The notes under the pieces are model-generated. The model searched no databases. It had not been told where the DNA came from and saw only the letters and a list, made by a program, of their open reading frames with translations. Positions 26,444 to 35,159 of a stretch of DNA of 64,000 nt are shown piece by piece (within the stretch, counting starts at the first letter, position 1; the number at the start of each line of letters is the position of its first letter). A program made the translations under genes and the position numbers. Origin of the DNA: Labilithrix sp. (GTDB taxonomy: Bacteria; Myxococcota_A; Polyangia; Polyangiales; Polyangiaceae); NCBI GenBank assembly GCA_026128965.1, contig JAHCIY010000002.1, forward strand, positions 2,000,468 to 2,064,467, given 5' to 3'.

Positions 26444-28048
26444 TTGTCTCCGGTGGACGTCGCTCACTCGCGGTTGAGTCTCCGGAACCTACTCGTTCTC
26501 GTTCGCAGTTGTACGACTGCGAGGACACGGCGTCTCCTTCTCCTGCTCTTACTCCTCTGCCTTGGCGCGCGCTTCGGCCTCGTCGGCGTCGCTGTCGCTG
26601 TCTCGGCGCAGCGCTACGACGTCGCCGGCATCGTCAGCGTCGCGGCCGTCGCGCTCGGCTTCGCCCAACGGATCGCCGTCTCGCACCTCCGCGTCGCGAT
26701 CGAGTGTGACGCGCTCGTGCACGTCGCTCGACGTCTTCTCGGGTCCGACCTATTCGAGACGTCCGAGTTCGCATTGCGGCTCGCGGTCGAGAACGGGATC
26801 TGGGACATCCAGGAGTTGCTCCTCATGGCGCCGAGCGCGATCGCCGATGCGATCGTGACGCTCGGTTTGCTGCCCGTCCTCGGGGCGGTCGTTCCACCGC
26901 GGTTACTCGCGCTGGCCGTCGTCGCGCTCGTCGTCGTGTTCGGTGCGAGCCTTGCGTTTCGGCGCACGGCCTTCCGTCTCCATGCCGAGACGATGGAGGC
27001 TCGCATGAAGGTCGCCGACACCTTCTCGCTTGCGGTCGAAGGACGGCTAGAGATGGTCGCGATGGGCGCGGAGGAGCGCTTCGAGGAACGGTTCGCTCGT
27101 GACATCGCCGAGTACGCCCGCCGGAACCGCCGCAGCGCATTCGGGACACTCACGATCGGTCGTGCACCGCTCGTCGCAGCGGCAATGCTGATCGCCCTCG
27201 TCATCTTGCTCGACGTCGGCACACGCGCTGCGCTGACGGAGGCGCTCGCGCGCTGGGCGCTGCTGCTCGGCGCTTCGTTGCCGTCGCTGCTCGGCGTTTC
27301 GCTCGGGGTTCAAGGGCTCCTTCGTGGGAGCGCGAAGGTCCAGCCGCTTGCGGAGGTGATGTCCAGCCGACTGCGCGAGCCAGGCGGGACGCAGACGCCG
27401 GTGCTCCCGGCCGCTGTGCGCGTCGACGCGCTGAGCTTTGCGTACGGCGGTGCGAGCGCTCCGCCGCTCCTTCGTGACCTCTCGTTCGAGTGGAGCCCGG
27501 GGCGCGTCCTCCTCCTCAGCGGTCCCAACGGATCGGGCAAGAGCACGGTCCTCCGTCTCCTGCTCGGACTGCGACGGCCGACGTCCGGTTCCATCCGCGT
27601 CGATGGCACCGATCTCGCGCGCCTCGATCTGCGCGCGCTCCGCGAGCAGGTCGTCTTCCTTCCGCAGCGGCCCTACCTCGGCGAGAGCCACGTCAGCGTT
27701 CGCGCCGCGCTCCTCTTCGGGCGCACGGCAAAGACGGATCGAGAGTGCGAGGTCGCGCTCGAGCGGGTCAAGCTCGACCTCGGCGCGCGTCCGCTCGATC
27801 GAAGGCTCACTGAGCTCTCGGGTGGGCAGAGGCAGCGTCTCGCGCTCGCGCGTGTGCTGCTTCAGGACGCGCAGGCGTTCTTGCTCGACGAGCCGGACGC
27901 AAACCTCGACCGGGCAGGTGTGCATCTCGTGATGGCGCTCGTTCGTGAGCTGGCGGAGGAAGGAAAGCTCGTCGCGATGGCGGCCCACTCGACCGAGCTC
28001 GCCGAGGTTGCCGACGAGATCGTTGCGGTCAAGGCGCCGGGCGGGTGA
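26444..28048 (+). CDS. ABC exporter with fused transmembrane and ATPase domains (lasso D-type)
   Basis: N-terminal TM helices. Walker A (LSGPNGSGKST), signature (LSGGQRQRLALARVL) and Walker B (FLLDEPDANLD). Confidence 0.75.
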   Translation: MSPVDVAHSRLSLRNLLVLVRSCTTARTRRLLLLLLLLCLGARFGLVGVAVAVSAQRYDVAGIVSVAAVALGFAQRIAVSHLRVAIECDALVHVARRLLGSDLFETSEFALRLAVENGIWDIQELLLMAPSAIADAIVTLGLLPVLGAVVPPRLLALAVVALVVVFGASLAFRRTAFRLHAETMEARMKVADTFSLAVEGRLEMVAMGAEERFEERFARDIAEYARRNRRSAFGTLTIGRAPLVAAAMLIALVILLDVGTRAALTEALARWALLLGASLPSLLGVSLGVQGLLRGSAKVQPLAEVMSSRLREPGGTQTPVLPAAVRVDALSFAYGGASAPPLLRDLSFEWSPGRVLLLSGPNGSGKSTVLRLLLGLRRPTSGSIRVDGTDLARLDLRALREQVVFLPQRPYLGESHVSVRAALLFGRTAKTDRECEVALERVKLDLGARPLDRRLTELSGGQRQRLALARVLLQDAQAFLLDEPDANLDRAGVHLVMALVRELAEEGKLVAMAAHSTELAEVADEIVAVKAPGG

Positions 28049-28226
28049 CAGCGCGGCGCGTGACGGCGATAACCGCTGGTCGTGTGACACCGTCGAACGG
28101 GGAGCGCGAGAGCGTGGCGAGGTTCAAGCCGGTCCGGGCATAGAAAGGAGCGAGTCGATCGCCGCATCGACGAGGATCGGACGTCTGGGGAATCCCTGCA
28201 AGGTGCTACGTTGGGCAGACCACGCG

Positions 28227-29096
28227 ATGGCGACGGCGCCGCTCCTCAGCGTTGGAATCCCGTTCCTCGACGAGGAGCGCCTGCTCGCGGCTGCGATCCG
28301 CAGCGTGCTCGCGCAGACGATGTCGGACTTCGAGTTGCTCGTCATCGACGACGGCTCGACGGATCGCTCGTTGGAGATCGCCCGCGGTTTCGCCGATCCT
28401 CGCATCATCGTGCGCTCCGATGGCCGGAGGAGGCACCTCGCGACTCGACTCAATGAGGTCACGCGGCACGCGCGCGGGCGCTACGTGGCCCGGATGGACG
28501 CTGACGACGTCGCGCATCCGCGACGTTTCGAGGAGCAGCTCCGGCTGCTCGAGCGCGACCCTGCGTGCGACGCAGTCGGGACCTGGGCTGGCATGATCGA
28601 CGAGCACGCGGAGCCTCTGGCGATAATCGAAGCGTCGGAGCACGGCCTCACTCCGCGGCGCGTTCTCGAGCATGGGGTCATGCCGCACCCAACGCTCCTC
28701 GCTCGCCGCGAGTGGTTTCTCGCCCATCCCTACGACGAGACGCTCACGCGGACGGAGGATCGAGAGCTCTGGTGCCGTACCGCGGCACGGACGCGTTTCG
28801 CGATCGTGCCGTCGCCGCTCTACGTTCTTCGTGTCCGACCGACCGAGCCGTCGTTCGTCTCCGACTACGTCGAGACACAGCGGCAGAACTGCGTGCTGTT
28901 TCGTCGGTACGGCCCGCAGATGATCGGGCGCACCGGCACCGCGCGCGCGTGGTTGAGCGCGCATGGCAAGTCTCTGGTGACGCGCGCGGCCGTCGCGCTC
29001 GGAGCCGGCGACCGTCTGGTTCGCCGCCGCGGGCGTGCACCGACGGCGCCGGAGCGCGCGCTCATCGACGAAGCGGTGGCGGCAGCGCGCGGGTGA
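28227..29096 (+). CDS. family 2 glycosyltransferase
   Basis: LSVGIPFLDEERLLAAAIRSVLAQTMSDFELLVIDDGSTD is the GT2 DxD-region signature. The ATG at 28227 is preferred over the ORF start at 27945. Confidence 0.7.
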   Translation: MATAPLLSVGIPFLDEERLLAAAIRSVLAQTMSDFELLVIDDGSTDRSLEIARGFADPRIIVRSDGRRRHLATRLNEVTRHARGRYVARMDADDVAHPRRFEEQLRLLERDPACDAVGTWAGMIDEHAEPLAIIEASEHGLTPRRVLEHGVMPHPTLLARREWFLAHPYDETLTRTEDRELWCRTAARTRFAIVPSPLYVLRVRPTEPSFVSDYVETQRQNCVLFRRYGPQMIGRTGTARAWLSAHGKSLVTRAAVALGAGDRLVRRRGRAPTAPERALIDEAVAAARG

Positions 29097-29102
29097 CGGG
29101 CG

Positions 29103-30611
29103 TCACGGCGTCTCCACCTTCGGGCACTCCTGGTCGAAGTGAGCCGGGTTCACCGTGACCTGCTCGGGCGCTCCGTAGGCCGCGACTAGCGCGAAGTGCT
29201 CGTAGCCGCATGGGGTCACGGTGAGCGGTTTTACGCCGTCTTTTCGGAGCTTGGTGCCGCGTTCGATCTGTTCGGTGCGGGCTTCGCTTGGGTGCATGCC
29301 TGGCGTCGTGCCGTCGGCGCGGAGGAGGGAGATGAGCCAGGCGATGGCGATGAAGCCGCCGAATGCCTTCTGTGCCTTTGGGATGGCTGGCTTCGTTTCG
29401 CCGTTCTTCGTCGTGCGGATCCATGGGGTCAGGACCACGTCGGCGAGGAAGAGCGCGAAGATCACGAAGCCCCCTAGCAGGGCGCGCTCTGCATGGTGTG
29501 CCGGGGCGCCGTCGCGGGCGTTGCCGATGGAGAGGAACGCTAGCTGCGCGAACGCCGCGAGGAGGGGGAGGCCCCAGCGGCGGCGGACCTGTCGATCGAC
29601 GAAGGCGAGCGGTGAGAGCACGAGGGCCGGGAGCGTGACCTCCGGGCGCACCGCGAAGAGGAGCTTCGGATAGAAGAACAGCGCCGACGCCCAGCTCGTC
29701 GCGCCGTCGCCGATCGCGCGCTTGTAGGTCGAGACGCGGCGGAAGAAATGGAGCGGGCCGTCGTGCGCGTGCGCGTTCCATGCCATCCACATGAGCGGGC
29801 CCGCCACGCAGAGGGCGACGGCGGCGACGATGAGACGCGGGCGCTTCGGCGAACGCCGGAGCGTGACGCCGACCCAGATCGCCGCGACCGCCGCCGCCGG
29901 CCACGCCTCGTAGCGCGAGAGACACGCCGCGAAGAGCGCGGCGCCGAAGCCGAGCGGCGCGGCCTCGCGAAGGGCGGTCTTCGCTGTCTTCTCGCGCGCG
30001 AGGTCCGTCGGCGAGGCGCCGTCGCGCGCGCGCGCGGCCACCGTCGCGAGCCCCAGCACGCCCGCAGCGGTGAGCGCCGCGGTGAAGGACTCGGGCACCG
30101 TCGTCGCGCCGGACCACAGCATCCACGGCGTCCCGAGCGCGAAGACGAGCGCGACGAACGCGCGCGGCCACGGGACGCCGGAGAGGCGCAGCGCGACGAA
30201 GGGGAGAGGCGCGGCGAGGCTCGAGAACAGGATCGAGAGGGCGCGCGCGGTGGCGAGGTCGCGGCCGAGGAGCTTCATCCCGAGGCCGAGGATCCAGAAC
30301 GGGAAGGGGAGCCAGCTCGTGCCGCTCGGGTCGAGACGCGCGTGATGGGCGAAGCCCTGCGCGATGACGACGCGCGAGAAGTCGTCGTCGGAGATGTGGT
30401 CGAACCCGAGGTTCCGCAGCCACGCGCACGCAAAGGCGTGAAGGAGCGCGATCGCACACGCCGCGAGGAGGAGCGAGCGCGTGCTCGCCGCCGGCGATTC
30501 GACGATGCGCTCGGGCCCCGGCTCGGCGATCGCGGCTCCCTCCGGTGCGGCCGCGGCTGCGTTCGGCCGACCGTCGTCGTGACGCGGCCGCGCCTTCTTC
30601 CGCGCCGCCAT
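29103..30611 (-). CDS. polytopic membrane protein, possibly a GT-C (ArnT/PMT-like) glycosyltransferase
   Basis: About 11 hydrophobic helices. A DDDF acidic motif sits in the first extracytoplasmic loop after TM1. Co-directional with, and immediately downstream of, secG. Confidence 0.45.
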   Translation of the reverse strand: MAARKKARPRHDDGRPNAAAAAPEGAAIAEPGPERIVESPAASTRSLLLAACAIALLHAFACAWLRNLGFDHISDDDFSRVVIAQGFAHHARLDPSGTSWLPFPFWILGLGMKLLGRDLATARALSILFSSLAAPLPFVALRLSGVPWPRAFVALVFALGTPWMLWSGATTVPESFTAALTAAGVLGLATVAARARDGASPTDLAREKTAKTALREAAPLGFGAALFAACLSRYEAWPAAAVAAIWVGVTLRRSPKRPRLIVAAVALCVAGPLMWMAWNAHAHDGPLHFFRRVSTYKRAIGDGATSWASALFFYPKLLFAVRPEVTLPALVLSPLAFVDRQVRRRWGLPLLAAFAQLAFLSIGNARDGAPAHHAERALLGGFVIFALFLADVVLTPWIRTTKNGETKPAIPKAQKAFGGFIAIAWLISLLRADGTTPGMHPSEARTEQIERGTKLRKDGVKPLTVTPCGYEHFALVAAYGAPEQVTVNPAHFDQECPKVETP

Positions 30612-30626
30612 CGCGTGAACGCGCGC

Positions 30627-31097
30627 TCAGGGCGTGGGCGCCGGCTCGGTCGGGGTCGGGGCCTGCTCGGGAGCGGGCGTGGGCTCGGGCGCCGGGGCCT
30701 GCTCGGGGGCGGGCGCCTGCTCGGGGGCGGGTGCGGGCGCCGGTTCGCCCGGGGGCGCGCTGCTCGGAGCGGCCGAGTCCGCCGGTGGGGCTTCCCTCTT
30801 CTTGAGCTCGCCCTTGTCCTTCTTGCGGCCGGCTTCCATGGCGACCTTTGCCTTGAGGGCGCGGTCGCCGGCGCTCGACATGTAGGCGAGAGAGACGCTC
30901 GTGAGCATGAAGATGGCCGCGGCGATGGCGGTCATGCGCGTGAGGATGTTGCCGGCGCCGCGGCCGCCGAAGACCTGCGTCGTCGCTCCGCCGAACGCTG
31001 CGCCCATGCCGCCGCCCTTGCCCTGCTGCAGGAGGACGACGCCGATGACGATCAGGCAGACGAAGACGTGGACGAAGCTGATGAAGGTCTGGAGCAT
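30627..31097 (-). CDS. secG: preprotein translocase subunit SecG with a Pro/Ala-rich C-terminal extension
   Basis: MLQTFISFVHVFVCLIVIGVVLLQQGKGGGMGAAFGG...NILTRMTAIAAAIFMLTSVSL. The C-terminus carries PAPEQA repeats. Confidence 0.85.
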   Translation of the reverse strand: MLQTFISFVHVFVCLIVIGVVLLQQGKGGGMGAAFGGATTQVFGGRGAGNILTRMTAIAAAIFMLTSVSLAYMSSAGDRALKAKVAMEAGRKKDKGELKKREAPPADSAAPSSAPPGEPAPAPAPEQAPAPEQAPAPEPTPAPEQAPTPTEPAPTP

Positions 31098-31112
31098 GGG
31101 TCTTCGGTGTGG

Positions 31113-31139
31113 CGCGGGGTGCAGGGGCAGAGCCCCGCG
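31113..31139. other. conserved hairpin motif GCGGGGTGCAGGGGCAGAGCCCCGCG between tpiA and secG (REP/attenuator-like)
   Basis: 6-bp GC stem. An almost identical motif recurs at 61111-61139. Confidence 0.4.
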
Positions 31140-31143
31140 TGAC

Positions 31144-31917
31144 TCAGGATGCCGCGGAGGGCTGCGCGGCCCGTGCGATAGCACTGAACGAGCCGGCGTC
31201 CAAGCTCGCTCCGCCGACGAGGGCGCCGTCGACGTTCGGACAGCCCAGGAGCGCGGCCGCGTTGTCCGCCTTCACCGAGCCGCCGTAGAGGATGCGCGTC
31301 TTCGTCGCGAGCTCCGGCGACTTCTTGGTCAGCCACTCGCGGATCGCGGCGTGGACCTCCTCCGCTTCCGCCGGGCCCGCCGTCTTGCCGGTGCCGATCG
31401 CCCAGACCGGCTCGTACGCGATCGCGACGGCCTCCTTCGCCTGCGCGATGACGTCCAGGAACGCGTCGACCTGCTGCTTCACCACGCGGAGCGTCTCGCC
31501 GCCCTCGCGCTGCTGCAACGTCTCGCCGACGCAGATGATGGGGAGGAGCCCGGCGCCGAGCGCGGCGGCGGCCTTCTCGGCGACGAACGCGTCGGTCTCG
31601 GCGAAATACTGGCGGCGCTCGCTATGGCCGACGATGACCCAGGTGCAGCCGCAGTCCTTGAGGAAGGGGGCGCTGACCTCGCCCGTGAAGGCGCCTTCGT
31701 TCTTGGGGTAGAGGTTCTGCGCCGCGAGCCCGACCTTGGAGTGCTCGAGCTCGCTCGCGACGGCGGCGAGGACGGTGAAGGGGGGCGCGATGACGACGTC
31801 GACCTTCGGCAGGTCCTTCGCGAACGCGATGACCTCCTGGGCGAGCTCGATGCCCGCCTGGGAGCCCTTGAACATCTTCCAGTTGCCCGCGATGAGCGGC
31901 CTGCGTGCGGCGTTCAT
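31144..31917 (-). CDS. tpiA: triosephosphate isomerase
   Basis: IAGNWKM, AYEPVWAIGTGKTA and CVGE motifs. 257 aa. Confidence 0.95.
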   Translation of the reverse strand: MNAARRPLIAGNWKMFKGSQAGIELAQEVIAFAKDLPKVDVVIAPPFTVLAAVASELEHSKVGLAAQNLYPKNEGAFTGEVSAPFLKDCGCTWVIVGHSERRQYFAETDAFVAEKAAAALGAGLLPIICVGETLQQREGGETLRVVKQQVDAFLDVIAQAKEAVAIAYEPVWAIGTGKTAGPAEAEEVHAAIREWLTKKSPELATKTRILYGGSVKADNAAALLGCPNVDGALVGGASLDAGSFSAIARAAQPSAAS

Positions 31918-33131
31918 TGAGCGTTCCGACGCAGAACCTCGATCCCGGGCAGCTTCTTCCCCTCGATCAGCTCGAGAGAGGCGCCGCCGCCGGTCGAGAT
32001 GTGCTTCATCTTCTTCGCCACGTCGCCGGGGGCTTCCTTCACCGCCGCCGCGCTGTCGCCGCCGCCGACGACCGTGAACGCGCTCGAGTCCGCCATCGCC
32101 TTCGCGATCGCGAACGTGCCCGCCGCGAACGGCGCCTTCTCGAAGAGGCCCATCGGTCCGTTCCAGAGCACCGTCTTCGCCTTCGCGACGAGGGCCGAGA
32201 ACGCCTCGATCGACTTCGGGCCGATGTCGAGCGCCATGTGGCCCTCCGGCACGGCGTCCGCGGAGACGGCGCGGCCCTCGGCGGCCTCGAGGCTCTGCGC
32301 CACGACGACGTCGGTGGGGAGCGCGACCTCGACCTTCTTCTCTTTGGCCTTCTCGAGGATCGTGCGCGCGAGGGCGAGCTTGTCCTCCTCGATCTTCGAC
32401 TTCTGGAGGTTCTTGCCCTGCGCGGCGAGGAAGGTGTTGGCCATCGCGCCGCCGATGACGAGCGCGTCCACCTTTTCGATGAGATTGTCGAGGACGGCGA
32501 TTTTGTCCGAAACCTTGGCTCCCCCGAGAATAGCGACGAACGGCTTGTCCGGCGCGGTGATGACCTTGCCGAGGGCCGCGATCTCCTTCTCGAGGAGGAA
32601 GCCGCAGCCGCGCTCGCGCATGCTCTTCGGGAGCGCGTGCACCGAGGCGTGGGCGCGATGGACCGCGCCGAACGCGTCGCAGACGTAGACGTCGGCGAGC
32701 TCGGCGAGCTTCGCCGCGAACGTCTCGTCGTCCTTCTCTTCCTCCGCGTGGAAGCGGAGGTTCTCGAGGAGGCAGACCTGGCCGCCGCGGAGGTCGTAGA
32801 CGACCTTCTTCGGCGCGTCGCCGATGCAGTCCTCCGGCATGTGCACCTCGACGCCGAGGAGCTCCGCGAGGCGCGCGCCGACCGGCTCGAGCGAGAGCTT
32901 CGGATCGGGCCCCTTCTTTGGGCGGCCGAGGTGGCTCGCGAGGATGACGCGCGCGCCGCGCTCGATCGCGTGCTTGATCGTGGGGAGCGCCTCCGTGATG
33001 CGCGCGTCGTCGGTGATGACCTGCTTGCCGTCCTTCTCTTCGAGCGGGACGTTGAAGTCACAGCGGATGAAGACGCGCTTGTTCTCGATCGGGAGCTCCC
33101 GGATCGGCGTGATGCGATCGAGCGTGGTCAT
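31914..33131 (-). CDS. pgk: phosphoglycerate kinase
   Basis: RCDFNVP, ASHLGRP and GGGDSAAAV motifs. 405 aa. Overlaps the tpiA start by 4 nt. Confidence 0.95.
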   Translation of the reverse strand: MTTLDRITPIRELPIENKRVFIRCDFNVPLEEKDGKQVITDDARITEALPTIKHAIERGARVILASHLGRPKKGPDPKLSLEPVGARLAELLGVEVHMPEDCIGDAPKKVVYDLRGGQVCLLENLRFHAEEEKDDETFAAKLAELADVYVCDAFGAVHRAHASVHALPKSMRERGCGFLLEKEIAALGKVITAPDKPFVAILGGAKVSDKIAVLDNLIEKVDALVIGGAMANTFLAAQGKNLQKSKIEEDKLALARTILEKAKEKKVEVALPTDVVVAQSLEAAEGRAVSADAVPEGHMALDIGPKSIEAFSALVAKAKTVLWNGPMGLFEKAPFAAGTFAIAKAMADSSAFTVVGGGDSAAAVKEAPGDVAKKMKHISTGGGASLELIEGKKLPGIEVLRRNAQ

Positions 33132-33146
33132 GGAGGTCCTCCTCGA

Positions 33147-34163
33147 TCAGAGCTTGCCGCCGACGAGCTGCGCGAGCTCGATCATGCGGTTCGAGAAGCC
33201 CCACTCGTTGTCGTACCAGGAGAAGACCTTCGCGAAGTTGTCGCCCATGACCTGGGTGACGGTCGCGTCGAAGATCGAGGAGCGCGGATCGCCGATGTAG
33301 TCGGACGAGACGAGCTGCTCCTCGGTGTAGCCGAGGATGCCCTTGAGCGGGCCGTCGGCCGCCGCCTTCATCGCCGCGTGGATGGCGTCCTTCGTGAGCG
33401 CTTTCTCGGTCTCGAAGGTGAGGTCGACGAGGGAGACGTCCATCGTCGGCACGCGCACCGCCTGGCCGTCGAACTTGCCCTTCAGCGCGGGGATGACCTC
33501 GCTGAGCGCCTTCGCCGCGCCGGTCGACGACGGGATCATGTTCTGCGCCGCCGCGCGCGCACGGCGGAGGTCGCCCTTGCGGTGCGGGATGTCGAGGACG
33601 GCCTGGTCGTTCGTGTACGAGTGGATCGTCGTCATGAGGCCGCGCTTGATCCCGAAGCTGTCGTTCAGGACCTTCGCGACCGGCGCGAGGCAGTTCGTGG
33701 TGCAGGAGCCGCACGAGATGACGGTGTGCTTCGTGCCGTCGTAGAGCTCCGTGTTCACGCCGAGGACGATCGTGGCGTCGTGGTTCTTCGCCGGCGCCGA
33801 GATGATGACCTTCTTCGCGCCCGCGGTGAGGTGCGCCTCGCACTTCTCCTTGTCGGTGAAGAGGCCGGTGCACTCGAGGACGACGTCGACGCCGAGCTCC
33901 TTCCACGGCAGCTTCGTCGGCTCCCTCTCGGCGAGGATCTTCGCCTTCTTCGCGCCGAAGGAGATGGTGCCTTCGCCGGCCTCCGCGCGATGCTCGGCGC
34001 GGCCGTGGACGGTGTCGTAGTTGTAGAGGTGCGCGAGGGTCTTCGCGTCCGTGAGGTCGTTGATCGCGACGACCTCGAGGTCCTTCACTCCGCGCTCGTT
34101 GAGCACGCGGACCATGCAACGACCAATACGACCGAACCCGTTAATCGCGATCTTCGTAGCCAT
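33147..34163 (-). CDS. gap: glyceraldehyde-3-phosphate dehydrogenase
   Basis: MATKIAINGFGRIGR and SCTTNCLAP. The ATG is complementary to 34161-34163. Confidence 0.95.
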   Translation of the reverse strand: MATKIAINGFGRIGRCMVRVLNERGVKDLEVVAINDLTDAKTLAHLYNYDTVHGRAEHRAEAGEGTISFGAKKAKILAEREPTKLPWKELGVDVVLECTGLFTDKEKCEAHLTAGAKKVIISAPAKNHDATIVLGVNTELYDGTKHTVISCGSCTTNCLAPVAKVLNDSFGIKRGLMTTIHSYTNDQAVLDIPHRKGDLRRARAAAQNMIPSSTGAAKALSEVIPALKGKFDGQAVRVPTMDVSLVDLTFETEKALTKDAIHAAMKAAADGPLKGILGYTEEQLVSSDYIGDPRSSIFDATVTQVMGDNFAKVFSWYDNEWGFSNRMIELAQLVGGKL

Positions 34164-34235
34164 GGCGGGCACGCTAGTCCCGGCGAGGGGGCGCGGCAAG
34201 GTCGGTCTGAGGCGCCTTTAAAGGCGCTATTTCGC

Positions 34236-35144
34236 CTACTGGCAGACCTTGTCGACGCACTTCGGCTCGGTCGGCGGGACGCACGGCGGGACGATCAAGG
34301 TGCAGCCCTGCTTCTTGTACTCCTGGCAGTTGCTGTCGTTCACCGTCTTCTTGATCATCTCGAGCTCGGTGGCGCCGGTCTTGTTCATCGCGCCGGTGCA
34401 CTGGTCGACGCAGTCGGCGTTGATCGCGACGGTCGTGCAGTCGGCGTCGCCGTTGCACGCCTTGTGGCGCGCGACCGCGTCGGTGAGCAGCTTGCCGACG
34501 TAGCTCTCGATCGCCTGGCAGGACACGGCCGGACAGATCTGCTCGCAGCCCGGGCCCATCGACGCGGGGGTGCCGTCGGCGCAGATGCGTTGGATGGCGG
34601 GGCAGGCGATCGGGATCTCGCCCGGGCAGGCGAACTCGCAATTCGGGCCGGTGCGGCCGACGAACGAGCCGTCGGGGCACTTCTTCGCGTCGTCGGTGCA
34701 CACGGTTTGACCGGGGCACCTGAACTCGCACTTGGGGCCGGAGCGGCCGACCGTGGTCCCGTCGGGACAGAGGAGCGCGTCCGCGTCGCAGACGACGGGG
34801 TCGCACGTCTTCACCGTGCACATGATGCCGCGCGCCGCGCACGTGCAGGAATTGCAGCCGTCGATCGAGGTGAAGTCGTCGCCGAGCTTGTAGGTCGGCA
34901 CCGGTGCGGTCGGAGACGATGCCCTCACCTGATCGTAGAGCGCCGTGTCGGCCCATGAGCACGTCGAGCCGTCGCCGGTCGGGGAGCCGTCCTTCTTCGT
35001 TTGCAGCTGCTGATCGGAGGTTTCGGTCTTTCCGACGGTAACGGCGCTTCCGCCGCAAGCGACGATAACGAGGGCGACGGACGAAGCGACGGCGGCGCGG
35101 CGCGTGGGGCTCACGAGGCTCATGGGGCTCATGGGGCGGTTCAT
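34236..35144 (-). CDS. Cys-rich repeat lipoprotein (paralog 1)
   Basis: Lipobox VIVACGG. Repeated CPDG(S/T)xVGRxGPxCEFxCPG modules. Confidence 0.6.
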   Translation of the reverse strand: MNRPMSPMSLVSPTRRAAVASSVALVIVACGGSAVTVGKTETSDQQLQTKKDGSPTGDGSTCSWADTALYDQVRASSPTAPVPTYKLGDDFTSIDGCNSCTCAARGIMCTVKTCDPVVCDADALLCPDGTTVGRSGPKCEFRCPGQTVCTDDAKKCPDGSFVGRTGPNCEFACPGEIPIACPAIQRICADGTPASMGPGCEQICPAVSCQAIESYVGKLLTDAVARHKACNGDADCTTVAINADCVDQCTGAMNKTGATELEMIKKTVNDSNCQEYKKQGCTLIVPPCVPPTEPKCVDKVCQ

Positions 35145-35159
35145 CCTCTTACTGCTTCG

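Noticed and set aside
31905-34958. 1017-aa plus-strand ORF
   Set aside because: Antisense to gap-pgk-tpiA, which are unambiguous on the minus strand. Composition is dominated by R/E/D/L/A, as in GC-rich antisense frames.
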